Source: Octopus vulgaris
Taxonomy: Eukaryota
Length of the DNA: 64,000 bases
Direction: 5' to 3'
NCBI GenBank assembly: GCA_951406725.2
Contig: OX597819.1
Location: 33,294,001-33,358,000, forward strand
Made by a program: the position numbers and the translations under genes. This document shows positions 28,848-42,477 of the stretch, one piece after another; position 1 is the stretch's first letter, and each line of letters begins with the position of its first letter. The notes beneath the pieces were generated by a model. That model saw only the letters and a program-made list of their open reading frames with translations. It had not been told where the DNA came from and ran no database searches.

Positions 28848-30193
28848 TGTATTCTTGGTACTTCTTCGCGAGAAATTTTGCATTTCTCATTCATATTTAG
28901 CCATTGAGAAAAAAGAAAATGCACGTAAAAGTGCAATTGTAATACATAGGATTAGAAAACTTATGAAATCTAAATAAACCCTCTCTTTTACGTGTCTTGG
29001 TTTCTCATAATATTCATGCGATATTTTATTCTTTTATTTCATATTGAATTAGTGTTTAAAAAAAGTTTTCTTCAAAAATTTAACTAACTGAATATCGATT
29101 AATTTCCTATTACATTATTCTAAAATTTGAAATATCTTTTAACTGTAATTAATAAATATATTCTAATACATGCATAACAAAAGAAATATTTTAGTCATTA
29201 TGCATATAGCAAACATTACTCTTCTTGTTATTTTATTTCATTATTCTTATAAATAAATACATACTTAATGGAAAATATTTGTAAAATTTAATATAGTTTC
29301 ACTTTATATCGTCAAATGTTCTATTTTTATCATTACGATGTGTCTTTCAGCCAAATTAAAAGGAGAATTTGCTGCTATTTCTAGAAAATCAAGTAACTTC
29401 ATAAAAGCTTTCACATTCATGAACATGTGGGTTAAAGCTAGTAATATTTGTGGCAAAACGGATTTTTTTGCAATAATTTTGTCAATGTTAACGTAACATT
29501 TCAGAGAAATGTCTTACGTTCGTAATTGTTGTATATCATTAAATATTTAAATGAAACATTATTCTTTCTAGTATAGGCACTGATATTATGCGGGAGCGGG
29601 ATGGTCGATTTCATCGACCCTAGCGCTTAACTGGTACTTATTTCATCGATCCCCAAAAAAGAAGAACGGCAAAATTGATTGTTTTTTACTGGATGAAGGT
29701 TTATATAAAACATTTTAACCACCTTAAAAATAAAGCTTGAAGAAATAGAAGGAATGCATTCAATGAATCGAAATACGTTTACAGCAGAAGTAATTCTACT
29801 ACTGACAGAAGGCTTTACTAAATTTGTCTTCCAGTTTCCTCCGCCTTCTTTATCTTTCTCATTTCAGCATTTATTCACGGTCATTTTCTTTCTTTTTGAC
29901 GGTGTGTGTGGAAAAAAATAAACTTTGACCAAAAATAAAACACAAACTTCATTTTTCTCATGTAGCATATGTATATTCAATGCATAGATAAATTGAATAG
30001 ATTCATTGTTTATTTTGAATAGCTTCGAACAGAATGCCAATCAGCATTTGCTCCGATTTCCCGCGATCTAAGTTCAAATTCTGCCTCGACTTACTTGGTC
30101 TTACTTAGATTTAAACCTATTTCTTTATTGCCCACAAGGGGCTAAACACAGAGGGGACAAACAAGGACAGACAAAGGGTTAGGGTTAGGGTTA

Positions 30194-32690
30194 TTGCTTG
30201 ATCTTATGCAGCAACTAACAAACTTTGTCTCCCTTTTCAGCTTTCCTTTCTGCAGCCATAGCCATGTCTCGCTACTATTTGCTGAAATTATCTTTGGGAA
30301 TTTACCATGCAATGCCTTCTACCATCCAATGCCTTCTCCTGCCAGTCAGATAATTTCTGTTCATTTTTCAGGTTTTTAAGTTCGTTTGGTGTTTTGTGAT
30401 TCTAGCAGCTTTTAATAAACTTTCTTCACTATTACCTACATAGCTAATTCCATGCAGTCTTCTACTGATATTAACCCTCTTCCACCTTCCTTTATAAGTA
30501 AGTATAATCTTGCTACTCCTGCCCTTGGGTGGAGTCCTCCATTCATATTGAATTTCTTCCTAGCTCTCTTGTCTGGCTTTGCTAATTCAGGTTTTGCCCA
30601 ATCTACAAAGCTGCTGAGTATCTAAGTAATGATCCTGCCCAAGTATTTACAGCCTTCATTAAATTCGGACCATTTAGCTTTGACTTCATTAGCTTCCTCA
30701 CCTTTCTGATGTACTCCTCCGTTTTTGTTTTCATTTCTGTATATCGTACTCTGTCAGATTCTAATACTCCAATGGTTTTAATGTCTGGCCATCTGATAAT
30801 TGCCTTCTTTCACTGTTGACTATCTGTCCCCTTCTCATGCACACTTATTTATGCCAAATTCTACAACTATATCTTTGCTAAAGAGTGTAAGAGTCTGTAT
30901 TAATGAATCTATCTCTTATGCATTCTTACTAAAAAGCTTCAGATCATCCATGTAGAGCAAATGGTTAATTTTTCCGTGACTATTTCTGAACTAATACCCT
31001 GCCTTTGCCTTCCTAATACTAAACTGAGGGGAACCAAACATAAGATAAATATTAAAAGGAACAACGAACCCCCCAGGAAAATTCTTTTTATATTAATTTT
31101 TCCTTAGAATTGCTTTGTCTATATATAATCAATCGTGCGTTCCTCTAGCCTTCTTCCTGCAACCTTTCTGTTGTTCTAGTAGTAAATTCTGGTTGTCAAG
31201 GTGCTCGTAAATACTTTCTGAAAGCATTCTGTTAACAGCTTCCACGCTAATGGTAAGTAAGTGATTGGTCTATAGTTGCTAGCTGTATTACCCTTGCTCT
31301 TATCCTTTATAATGAGTATTGTCCTCCCTTTAGTCATCCGATCTAGTATTATTCCACCATTAAGGCAACCCTGGAGTTGTTCCCTAAGCCTTCCATGTAA
31401 ACTACTGAATTTCTTTAGCCCCAATCTTTCAACTAAATCTGGTCCTGGGCCCTTCCAATTCGGCAGTTTTCCTAACACTTTACTCATTAATGCACTAATT
31501 AATCTGGTTGCTCCTCACTCACTACTTCTTCCCTCAATTTATTTAACCATACTGCATCTCCGTTATGATTGACTGGTGTATCCCAAATATTACTCCAGAA
31601 ATTTCTAGCTTCTTCTGCATTAGGCTTCTCATCTTCAGTACTTCGTTCTCCACTATTTATTTCGTTATAAAATCTCCTCTGGTCTGTCTCAAATTATCTA
31701 TTCTGTTGATACTGGTCTATTCTTTTCTGATATTTGGAGAGCTTGCCTGCTACTGCTATGATACGCTGTTTCAACTCTTCTATTATTGTCCCAAATCTTT
31801 CCACGAAGGAGGACTTGCATTTTGTTTTCACTCACTTGTTTGTTTTCGAAATTTCTTTTCTACTCAGATATTGTCTTAGAGACTTCACTTTATTTTGTAG
31901 TCTCCTTTTCACATTTGCTCTTTTTTAATTTTTCCCTGTGAGATATCTAATCTTCTGGTGACTACTACACTTCATGCATAGATCAATAAGTTAGTGCCTT
32001 CTATATTTTTAGTATCCATTCCACTGATATCAGAATCTACTTTCCTGGCCATTTCTTGTAACTTCCTTCTGTTGGTTCCTTTTAATGCAGGTAATCTTTT
32101 TGTTACTTCTTTACTCATTACTTCCTGTAACTCATGTAAAATCTTCTGATCTTCCTCATTTAAATCACTTAAGCCGTTGGTGCCAGTTGCCCCTTCCTTA
32201 TTGGTAGTGCTATTATTATTTTTTCATTTAGGCTCTTCTTTCGTTTGAGCGGTATTTCTTATATTGTTTCTTGTCTTACCTACTGGCTGGTCTTTCTTTT
32301 CTAGTTCTCTTGTGATCTCCTCTACCTCCAATTTGGTTATCCACTTTGCTTCTAATAGCATTAACTTAATCAACTAATCTCTGCTCAGTCACTTTAAACA
32401 TCCTTCACTACCCAATATGTTAACATCTGTTTTCTATAGCCCCTTCTTTTAGGTTCACTTTCTAAGTAATACTGTATCACTATCCTGTTTTCTTCGCTAG
32501 TCCACTTCCTCCTTCTTACTCTATTATCTGCTGATGTTTTATTAGGATGACATCTGTGGTCAGTCTGCGTCTTTATTGATCCACTGCCGAGCGAGAGGCT
32601 TTCCATTAAAGGTCCAGCTTCATTTTCGCTGTTACAGCCAGAGTTCTTCGGAAACTACTGTTTCTCATAAACTGAAGTAAGTCAACGTTT
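30194..32690 (-). pseudogene. R4/Dong-clade non-LTR retrotransposon relic
   Basis: N-terminal RRRKWTSEENR..KRRGYRKQM. RT region NWKGPGPD, NYRPIT and INHLLYMDDLKLF (about 30930-30970), then GLHPRAGVARLYL..EGGRGL and KALHGKF..TWLWL..LKRET. Many stops and deletions. Confidence 0.88.
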
Positions 32691-32715
32691 GTCACCTTCG
32701 TTATCACCACTATTA

Positions 32716-33106
32716 CGTGGAGGCGCAATGGCCTAGTGGTTAGGGCAGCGGACTCGCAGTTACAGGATCGCGGTTTCGATTCCCAGACCGGGTGTTGTGA
32801 GTGTTTATTGAGCGAAAACACCTAAAAGCTCCACGAGGCTCCGGCAGAGGATGGTGGTGATCCCTGCTGTACTCTTTCACCACAACTTTCTCTCACTCTT
32901 ACTTCCTGTTTCTGTTGTACCTGTATTTCAAGGGGCCGGCCTTGTCACTTTCTGTGTCAAGCTGAATATCCCCGAGAACTGCGTTAAGGGTGCACGTGTC
33001 TGTGGAGTGCTCAGCCACTTGCACGTTAATTTCACGAGCAGGCTGTTCCGTTGATTCGGATCAACCGGAACCCTCATCGTCGTAACCGACGGAGTGCTTC
33101 CATCCA
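32716..33106 (+). mobile_element. SINE family A (tail type 1) with 14-bp TSD TATCACCACTATTA
   Basis: Near-identical to 28460-28847. Confidence 0.95.
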
Positions 33107-33447
33107 TATCACCACTATTATTTTTCGACATCTGAAAGTTTCAAGCAACTTTCTGTTGCATCATTTGTGGCACCTCTGTGCTGGTGGGGTGGTAGTATGT
33201 GCTGCATTTATTTATTATTATTATTTTTTGCTTGGGGTATATTGTATCAGTACATTTTGTTATGGGGTTTTGTTTCAATCTTCTGCTATTGAGTATTACA
33301 CATTGTTGATCTAAAAAGAAAAAAAAATTAGTTTTGCTTACACGCAAAAACCCTCACAACACACACTCACACACATACACACACATTCTTTGTTTTGTCC
33401 TGCGCTGTCCATGTTTTTCTTAATGTAAACCCTTGTGATTAATAAAG

Positions 33448-33486
33448 AAATCATCATCATCATCGTCATCATCATCATCATCATCG

Positions 33487-33518
<32 letters not shown>

Positions 33519-33639
33519 GTCGTCGTAGTCGTCGTCGTCGTCGTCATCATCCTCATCATCACTATCATCATCATCATTATTATTATCATTATTATTATTG
33601 ATGTTGTTGTTCTTCTTCTTATTATTATTGTTATTATTA

Positions 33640-33701
<62 letters not shown>

Positions 33702-33717
33702 GTTATTATTGTTATTA

Positions 33718-33767
<50 letters not shown>

Positions 33768-33849
33768 GTTGTTATTATTATTATTGTTATTATTATTATT
33801 ATCATCATCATCATTATTATTATTATTATTATTGTTATTATTGTCATTA

Positions 33850-33881
<32 letters not shown>

Positions 33882-33890
33882 CATTAATTA

Positions 33891-33921
<31 letters not shown>

Positions 33922-33934
33922 TATTATTATTATT
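33448..33934. repeat. (CAT)n/(CGT)n/(TAT)n compound microsatellite
   Basis: Directly visible. Confidence 0.97.
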
Positions 33935-34634
33935 GATTTGATAACTAGATTTAGGAAGTAAGGAAAATGGTTGTCAGTTCTCACGGCTGTTTATGTCTCA
34001 TATATCACACAACTACTGTCGTGTCAGCCGGATTTAAAACCGGAACCGATTCTGTTCCGGGTTATAAACTACCTTTCACTAGCAACTCATCTCCTCTCTC
34101 TTCTCTTCTCTTCTCTTCTCTTCTCTTCCTTCCTCCTTCCCTCTTCCTTCGTCCCTTTTCGTCTCTCTCTCTCCCCCCTCTCTCTCCCCCTCCCTCTCTC
34201 CACGTACCGTCAGTCCACAGTTAAGCGCTGTTAGGTTTACATAGGGCTTATTATTAGCTGAACTGGTTCTATACTTTGCGAAGCCATTGTAATGTAGGTG
34301 GTCTGTTGCTAATGATTTTGACATGTGTGAAGTAACTGCTTTATACGTACATGTTGTCGCTATTGTTGTTGTAGCTAGTGTGTTTATTCATAATAAAAAT
34401 GGTAAAACCAAGAACGACGCCAGATAATTACAACTTCATTCCGTGTACAAATGTTTTATTATCACGTTGAATTATGGTTTTTGAAACAGATAATATCCTG
34501 CCATTATATATTTCTTATATACATGCGCGTGTATATATATCGATATACAAACAAACCTACAAATAACAGGCACGCATTCATTCAGTTATCTCCATTCTCC
34601 ATATACCATATGTGTATGTGTATGTATAAAATCT

Positions 34635-35321
34635 GGTACTATTTAAGAAGAGTAGTCTCGGTGCGCGCATTCGCGTACTCGCGCATCCGCGTTAGCTAGT
34701 CGTGACTAGTCCTTTGTGTTTTTGTATTTTGTTTAAAAAATGTTTTACTTTGTGTAAAAAAATGGCGATCTTTCGTCTCTAGTACACCTTTCCGTCGATT
34801 TCCGTAAAAATTTTTTTTTTTTTTACATATGGGCTTGCGGGTACTTTTGAAGTAATATACATACATATACACATACACCGAGTAAAAACTTTCAGTTATC
34901 TCTTTCTTTCACACATTACTCTGTCTCTTCACACACACTAACAGAAGCACTTCACTTACACAACATACTGTCCGTCTCCCACACCCCATAAAACACACAC
35001 ACACACACATATACATCAATGCTCCCATGCACGGTAACTTCAAAAGAACTTACATCGTCATACAATCGCTTTCTCTTAGTCTCTTTCGCTCTCATTACTT
35101 CAAAAGTTCTCGCAAGCCCATATGTAAAAAAAAAATAAATTTTTTTACGGAAATCGACGGAAAGGTCTACTAGAGACGAAAGATCGCCAAAAAAATAATT
35201 TATTTTCTGTCTTTTTGCTTTATTTACTTTGCTAGGTAGTCGTTGTTTGATCGACTAGTCACGACTAGCTAGCGCGAGTACGCGAGTGCGCACACCGGAG
35301 CCACTCTTCTTAAATAGTACC
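34635..35321. mobile_element. Fold-back MITE, possibly Merlin-type
   Basis: TIR GGTACTATTTAAGAAGAGT../..ACTCTTCTTAAATAGTACC, with a second internal inverted pair at about 34763-34855 / 35094-35189. The imperfect 8-bp flanks are TAAAATCT and TAAAATAC. Confidence 0.85.
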
Positions 35322-35957
35322 TAAAATACCAGCTTTAACATACTCCCTCCACAACTGCTCTCTAGCTATCTTATTTAAAACTGTATGACTATGGTACATC
35401 CACAAATGGAGTTCAAATAGGGGTCTGGAATCCTTATTTTTTAGACTGGAACCCCTATTTTCTAATCTGGGACATCTATGATTCCATGAAATCTGGGACA
35501 GTCATGGAATCGAACACACGATCGCTAGATCGTGAGTGCAACAGCCTAACCACTATACATACACATGTGTGTTGGGTTACAAAAGATCGCTCGTCTTTAC
35601 GTGTAATACGCGAATGTAGAAGCATCGAGAAATGTGCAAATAAGTTTTTACCAGGCTGGTACCTGTGGTTTGCCTATGTCTGTTCTTATTACAATGAGAC
35701 TAAAAACATAGGTCAACTAACCTCAACATTGTTTATTTAGTTTTATACTTATTCTATTGTCATATAATGTTTCTTATAATTGATGTTATATAATATACTG
35801 GGTGTATAATATTAAAAAAATTAGTATAGTCTATTTAAGGCAGTGCTCCAGCATGGCCGGAGTCGAATGACTGAAGCGAGTAAAAATTACAAGAATATTT
35901 AGGATACAAGGTGAACCATGAATCACGCACCAAAACGTTTGTCATTTATTCATACTA

Positions 35958-37782
35958 AGGCGCAGGAGTGGCTGTGTGGTAAGTAGCTTGCTAACGCACA
36001 TGTGCAATTAGTCAGTTGCTTCCTGTTCAGCCTAAGTGGACGCGAGTCAATCAGCTCCGTCCAATTAAAGAAAAAAGACCAAAAACGGAAAGTTGTCGAG
36101 GTAAGTGATTTTAACTCTGAGACAATTTCGCCTGCTCTCGGCGGCTGCCGTTTTTGTGTTCATTGAAAAAAAAAGAAAAAAACAGTGGAGGGGCGTATCC
36201 TCAGAATTCAATCTTTATTGCGACTTTCCGTTAATTTCTTCCCTTCTGTTGTGCTTTCTTCTTTTTGTTTTTTCAAAAATATATCCAATTTTATTTGGAC
36301 ATTTGAACTTTTTTCTTCCTGCTTTTGAAGTCTTGAGAAGAGGACGGTGGTCCTACGAACCTATTCTAGGTCGCGTGGAGCTATCGCCCTCTTCGACCGG
36401 AGCACCATAGAGAAAGAGTTGGGGGACCACCTACCAACGATAAAGTTTATTTCTCGGGGGAATAAATTTGCAACGGTGTGGTTGCTGTTTAATACCCCGG
36501 AGGAAGCTAGCAGATTTGCTAGCGAGCCACTGGAGGGAGAGGAAATTTTGTTCCTCCCCTCGTATTGTGGCAGAAAAGTAAAAAGAGCCTGGGTTTGTGG
36601 GCTGCCCCCGGGCACGGAGGCGGAATGGATCGAGAAGACCATCCGGCGAGGCCTGGGGGATGGCGGACCCAGGCTAACTTCCTGAGAATGGCTGGGCACA
36701 GGTACCCGGTGATACTCGAGGGTCGCCCCCCCCCCAAGTGTCACCTGTGCCTGAAGCCCGGACATATCAGGAGGAATTGTCCCGGGGGCCGTGATGGTTC
36801 CCCGGAACATGAAGGGGAAAAGGCGCCCGCCGCCCCCTCATTGGAGGGGGAGACGGTGGAAGTCGTGGAGGAGGTTGCCTCCACGAAAAGAAAGAGACAG
36901 GCGAGCAACAATGGTTGCCCGCCAAAGAACGCTCAGGTGGCGGAGGGGGATAGCGATCCCCCGTGTCTGGTGACGGAGTCCCCTGGGTCAGCAGTCTCCC
37001 CCAAAAGAAGGAGGAGAAAAAGAAGTTTCTGTTGTGCTTTCTCCTTTTTGTTAAGGCAATGAAAAATAACAAAATTTTGGAGTGGGAAATCATACCACCT
37101 AAAAAGTGGTTAAAAGACCGTGAAGATAGGACGGTGGTGTTGAGAACCTACTCCAAGGCACTTGAGGAAGGTGAGCAACAATGGGTGCTCACCAAAGGAT
37201 AATAGGGATGAGGAGAGGAAGGCGAATCTTCCAGCCACGGAGGAGACGCACCCTCCCTCAGTTGAAAAGGGGGGAAAAAAAGAAAAAGAGGAAGAAAAAC
37301 GGGACATTACCGGCTGTCAGTGTAGCACCGGAAAATGTCCTCGTCCAGCCCGCAAAGCTAACTTAATCTGTGTACTGCCTTTATGGCAAATGTTTTGAAA
37401 TAAAGTAGCTTCCTAACCAACCACATGGTTCCGGGTTCAGTCCCACTGCGTGGCATCTTGGGCAAGTGTCTTCTTCTATAGCCTCGGGCCGACCAATGCC
37501 TTGTGAGTGGATTTGGTAGACGGAAACTGAAAGAAGCCTGTCGTATATATCTATATATATGTATATGTGTGTGTTTGTGTGTCTGTGTTTGTTTCCCTAG
37601 CATTGCTTGACAACCGATGCTGGTGTGTTTACGTCCCCGTCACTTAGCGGTTCGGCAAAAAGAGACCGATAGAATAAGTACTGGGCTTACAAAAAGAAGT
37701 CCCGGGGTCGAGTTGCTCGACTAAAAGGCGGTGCTCCAGCATGGCCGCAGTCAAATTACTGAAACAAGTAAAGAAAAAGAAA
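35958..37782 (+). mobile_element. SINE family C split by a 1.4-kb insertion
   Basis: The head occupies 35958-35995 and the remainder resumes at 37403. Confidence 0.9.
35996..37402 (+). mobile_element. ORF1(gag)-only Tx1/L1-like non-autonomous retroelement with 15-bp TSD
   Basis: TSD AAGTAGCTT(G/C)CTAAC at 35981-35995 and 37403-37417. Frameshifted ORF1 has an RRM-like part (36347-36685) and a CCHC knuckle CHLCLKPGHIRRNC (in 36565-37062). It ends at AATAAA and shows no RT. Confidence 0.8.
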
Positions 37783-38253
37783 AGGTTTTTTTATCTGTCG
37801 CTACGCTGCCGGTAAAAATATTTGTTAAACACGCACGTACTTTCTTTTACTAATAGACTGTTATATAGTGGAAAGGTTCGTTAGTTATTATGATGGCAAC
37901 GGTATACTTATGTATACACACATACACACACTCTCTCCCCTTTCTATCTCTATTCCCCCCCTCTCTGTCACAGTATTTCTTTCTCAACAACATCATTGTT
38001 CTTGAAGCAAATCTTAATTCTATCCTTCATACAGTCTCACTGAATTTCTCTTTCAACTACAACAACAATAACAAGAACAAAAATAACTACAACGGCAACT
38101 TGTCATTATAGTGAAAGTCTTTTCTTAAAGCATGTGGTTGTGCTGTCTCTGTTGAAATACTTACAAGCACACACACACACACACACACACAAGCACGTAC
38201 ACACACGCACACACACGCACACACAATCAATCAATCAAAAGAATGACTATATC

Positions 38254-38487
38254 TGTTTCTTTATTACCCACAAGGGGCTAAACACAGAGAGGACAAACAA
38301 GGACAGACAAACGGATTAAGTCGATTACATCGACCCCAGTGCTTAACAGGTACTTAATTTATCGACCCCGAAAGGATGAAAGGCAAAGTCGACCTCGGCA
38401 TGATTTGAACTCTGAACGTACCGGCAGACGAAATACGGCTACGCATTTCGCCCGGCGTGCTAACGTTTCTGCCAGCTCGCCGCCTTT
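38254..38487 (-). mobile_element. SINE family B with 11-bp TSD ATGACTATATC
   Basis: Reverse complement of the family B consensus. Confidence 0.92.
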
Positions 38488-38548
38488 ATGACTATATCGT
38501 TATACGGTGAAAGTCTTTCTGGGGTTTTTTTTTTTTCATTTTGTTCAT

Positions 38549-39200
38549 AAGGGCAACGAACTGGCAGAATCATTAGCACTCCTGGCGAAATGCATAGTGG
38601 CATTTCGTTCGTCTTAACTTTCTGAGTACAAAAATTTCGCCCATGTCCAATTTCCCTTTCAATTTTTCCGGGGTCGATAAGATAAGTACCAGTTGAACAC
38701 TGGGGTCGATGTAATTTACTTGTTCCCTACCCCGAGTTACTGACCTTGTGTCAAATTTTGAAACTACTTCAGGTGGCGAGCTGGCAGAATTGTTAGCACG
38801 CCGGACAAAATGCTTAGTGGTATTTCGTCTGCCGTTACGTTCTGAGTTCAAATTCCGCCGAGATTGACTTTGCCTTTCATCCTTTCTGGGTCGATAAATT
38901 AAGTACTAGTTACGCACTGGGGTCCATGTAATTGACTTAATCCCTTTGTCTGCCCTTGTTTGTCCCCTCTGTGTTTAGCCCCTTGTGGGCAATAAAGAAA
39001 TAAGAATTGTTAGCACGCCGGGCAAAATGCTTAGTGGTATTTCGTCCATTTTTACGTTCTGAGTTCAAATTCTGCCGAGGTCAGCTTTACTTTGCCTCCT
39101 TTCGGTGTCGATAAAATAAGTATTAGTTGAGTGCCGAGGTCAATGTAATCGACTTACCCCTTCTCCTGATATTGCTGGCCGTATGTCAAAGTATGAAACC
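38549..39200 (+). mobile_element. Three head-to-tail SINE family B copies
   Basis: Heads at about 38550, 38771 and 39004. Confidence 0.85.
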
Positions 39201-39281
39201 ATTATTTATTTTGTTCATCGTGTACAAGTACGTGTGTATTCATATTCTTGTTATTTTACTCAGTTTAAAAAAAAATGGAAG

Positions 39282-40036
39282 CATGTCTTTCAAAATTCCG
39301 GAGCGTATGGAACGGATTTTACTGTCCGACCATGATGGAGCAACAAGTAGAGCCGTCGGCGGCACCTTCAGCCAAAAGCATCCTGGAAAAGCCATATCAC
39401 ATACAACAGTGTTGGCCGATTAGTCCTAAAATTTCGTGCAACAAGCAGTGTGTAAGACAAATACCGAAGTAGCTGACAATGGTATCACACGAGACGCGTG
39501 TATCTGTCATAAACAAGCTTTCAAAAAGTCCAAAGAAATCAGTGTGAAAATCATTGCAGGAAATTGGCGGGATCTTTTCGGTTTGAACGGCAGTCTTTTC
39601 TAGCGGTGTCATATGAAATTGTCACCCATAATTATGACCCTAGTATCGATCTATTGCATTTCAATCTGTTTTAGGGTTAGGGTTAGTGTTGGGGTTAGGG
39701 GTGCGGGGAAGGGTATCTTTTTTCCTTCACAAATGTAAATAAACCCAATCTGTTTCTTCAACAAGGGACATATTCATACGGTACAGATTGTTTTTTTTAC
39801 CTCAATGGACGTCATTGATTGGTTGAAATTGCAGAAATTGAAGCAATAAAACAACAAACATCTTATAAACTATAGAATTTTCTCAATAAAGCCAAGAGAA
39901 AAAGATATTTTATAAACACATTCTACCAGTATAGGAGGTTTAAATTTTTTTAGTTACCTAGAAATTATGTTAAAAACTGCCGTTCAAACCGAAAAGATCC
40001 AATTGGCGTTCCTTGTACAGCAATGTGACGAATAAT
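39282..40036 (+). pseudogene. Decayed Tc1/mariner-superfamily transposase N-terminal HTH (DUF4817-like), interrupted by a MITE
   Basis: Broken frames read MSFKIPERMERILL..TFSQKHPGKAISHTTV..KFRATSSV*D..LSKSPKKSV*KSLQEIG, then continue VPCTAM*RII past the MITE. Confidence 0.6.
39570..40000 (+). mobile_element. MITE copy 1, 8-bp TSD AATTGGCG, internal TTAGGG repeats
   Basis: 25-bp TIR GGATCTTTTCGGTTTGAACGGCAGT; TSD at 39562-39569 and 40001-40008. Confidence 0.95.
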
Positions 40037-40149
40037 AGAGGCTGCCGACTGAACATTTTAAAGACTTCTGATCATACTGCTGACACTTTCTTATTTGTTT
40101 CGCTTTCTAATCAAATAAAAGGTGATGCTTTTAAAATGTACATCATGTA

Positions 40150-40345
40150 TTGGTTTCAAATTTTGGCACAAAGCCAGCAATTTCGGAGGAGGTGGTAAAA
40201 TCAACTGGTACTTATTTTACTGACCACGGAAGGATGAAAGACAAAGTCGACCTCAGTGGAATTTGAACCCAGAAAGTAAAGACAGATGAAATGTCGCTAA
40301 GAAATTTCCCTGGCGTGCTATCGATTCTGCCAGCTCCCCGCCTTA
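40150..40345 (-). mobile_element. SINE family B, diverged
   Basis: Family B core motifs are visible. Confidence 0.8.
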
Positions 40346-40681
40346 AATGACTCTCGGAGCGTAACTTTTGGCCTACCCTGTTTAATACAGATATTTTTAT
40401 TTAGTTCCAATTCAACTTTTGTTCAACAGACTCATGACAAACATATTCTAAGCGTGACCACCTCACCATTTTTCGGACACATTGAATCTAAATCTATATT
40501 GTCTATCGGTGAAAATTAAGGGTAGTTTAGTCTCTATTCTCCGTAGGCTCAACTACCACGTAGACATTTTCCCGCAGACTATCTCTACTAAGAGTTAGTA
40601 TGCGGGAAAACTTTCAGGTCATGTATCTATTACTACAGTTACCCTATATGCTAGCATTCTATAGAGTTTTACAGTATATTT

Positions 40682-41115
40682 GGATCTTTTCGGTTTGAAC
40701 GGCAGTTTTAACATAATTTCTAGGTAACTAAAAAATATTAAACTTCGTATCCTGGTAGAATGTGTTTATAAAGCATCTTTTTTTCTTGGCTTTATTGAGA
40801 AAATTCTATGGTTTCTAAGATATTTGTTGTTTTGTTTTCTTCAATTTCTGCAATTTCAACTAATCACTGACGTCTATTGAGGTAAAAAAACATTCCGTGC
40901 CGTATGAATATGTTCCTCGTTTAAGAAACAGGTTGGGTTTATTTACATTTGTGAAGAAAAAAAGATACCCTTCCCCCACCTCTAACCCTAACCCTAACTA
41001 ACCCTAACACTAAAACAGATTGAAATGCAATAGATCGACACTAGGGTCATAATTATGGGTGACAATTTCATATGACACCGCTTGAAAAAACTGCCGTTCA
41101 AACCGAAAAAAATCC
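40682..41115 (-). mobile_element. MITE copy 2 (opposite orientation), 8-bp TSD GTATATTT
   Basis: Same TIR, with a body that is the reverse complement of 39570-40000; TSD at 40674-40681 and 41116-41123. Confidence 0.95.
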
Positions 41116-41688
41116 GTATATTTTGTTATCAATACAAAGTACATGACCAGCCTTCTTGTATGAAAGTACGCTATAACTATGAGGACAGTCTTGTGTTGAA
41201 ATTTGCCTTGTGCTGCGTTAACATAAAGTAATGCAATGACTCCGTTTTATGGATGCGTGGCCAACCAGCAAGAAAAGCAAATTCTGGAGTGTCCAATATA
41301 ACAGTTACATTCATAGTGTTTACAACTTCCATGTTTGCGCTTGAATTCGTAAGCAACATTATAGTCAAGTAAAATTTATTCAGTAGCGTGAAGCGTTATG
41401 ACTTCGTTAAATATATAAAGACAATCCTGGTATATTTTTGCATGATATTATTAAAGCTGGTTCATGTTTGGGTATAATGCCTACTAGGTTTTGTTCGTTT
41501 GTTTTGTTTTATACGGTGTTCTTTTATTCTATGCCCAGAATGCATTAGATTCATGGAATACATTTTGCCAGTAGTTTGTTCGATTGAACTGTGCGCGGCT
41601 TCCATTTTCTTTATCTATTTATTTTATTTATTGCAACTGTATATCAAATATATACTTTATATTCGTTATTGTTCAGTGTTCGTTATCG

Positions 41689-41734
<46 letters not shown>

Positions 41735-41814
41735 AACATTAATATTATTATTATTATTAATATTATCATTATTATTATTATTATTAATATTATTATCATC
41801 ATTATTATTATCAA

Positions 41815-41923
<109 letters not shown>

Positions 41924-42014
41924 TACTGTTTATAGACAAGAACTTAAGGGCTTTTCTGAATAGGAAATTTATAACTGTATAATGTGTGGGTGGTGCATGT
42001 GCGCGTGTGTGTAT

Positions 42015-42078
<64 letters not shown>

Positions 42079-42477
42079 CATACATTATTTTCAAGCATGT
42101 ACCGGAATTTATTAGTATTTATTATATATACAAACGTGATAGTCGTAATATATATGTTGTTGCTGATTCTTATATTATAAAGAATCGGTTAGTTTCCAGA
42201 ATATTTACCTGAGCAAGGTTGAATATAAATGAAGAGAACAGAGCTATTTTTTAACCATCCTTTTTTTTTAAAGTTATTCAACTAGTTTTGGTCTTTTGCA
42301 AAGAAAAATAATATTAACATATCTGCTGTAAACTGCAGTTTTGCCTTAGTATTAAAATTAATCGCGCGCGCGTATTATGATCAACCTTTACTTTTTCGTG
42401 ACCAATTCTACTCCATCCAATTCTTGACCAACTTAAATGTACGTGAAAAGAACGAGTGCTCCACTTCATCTTAACCT

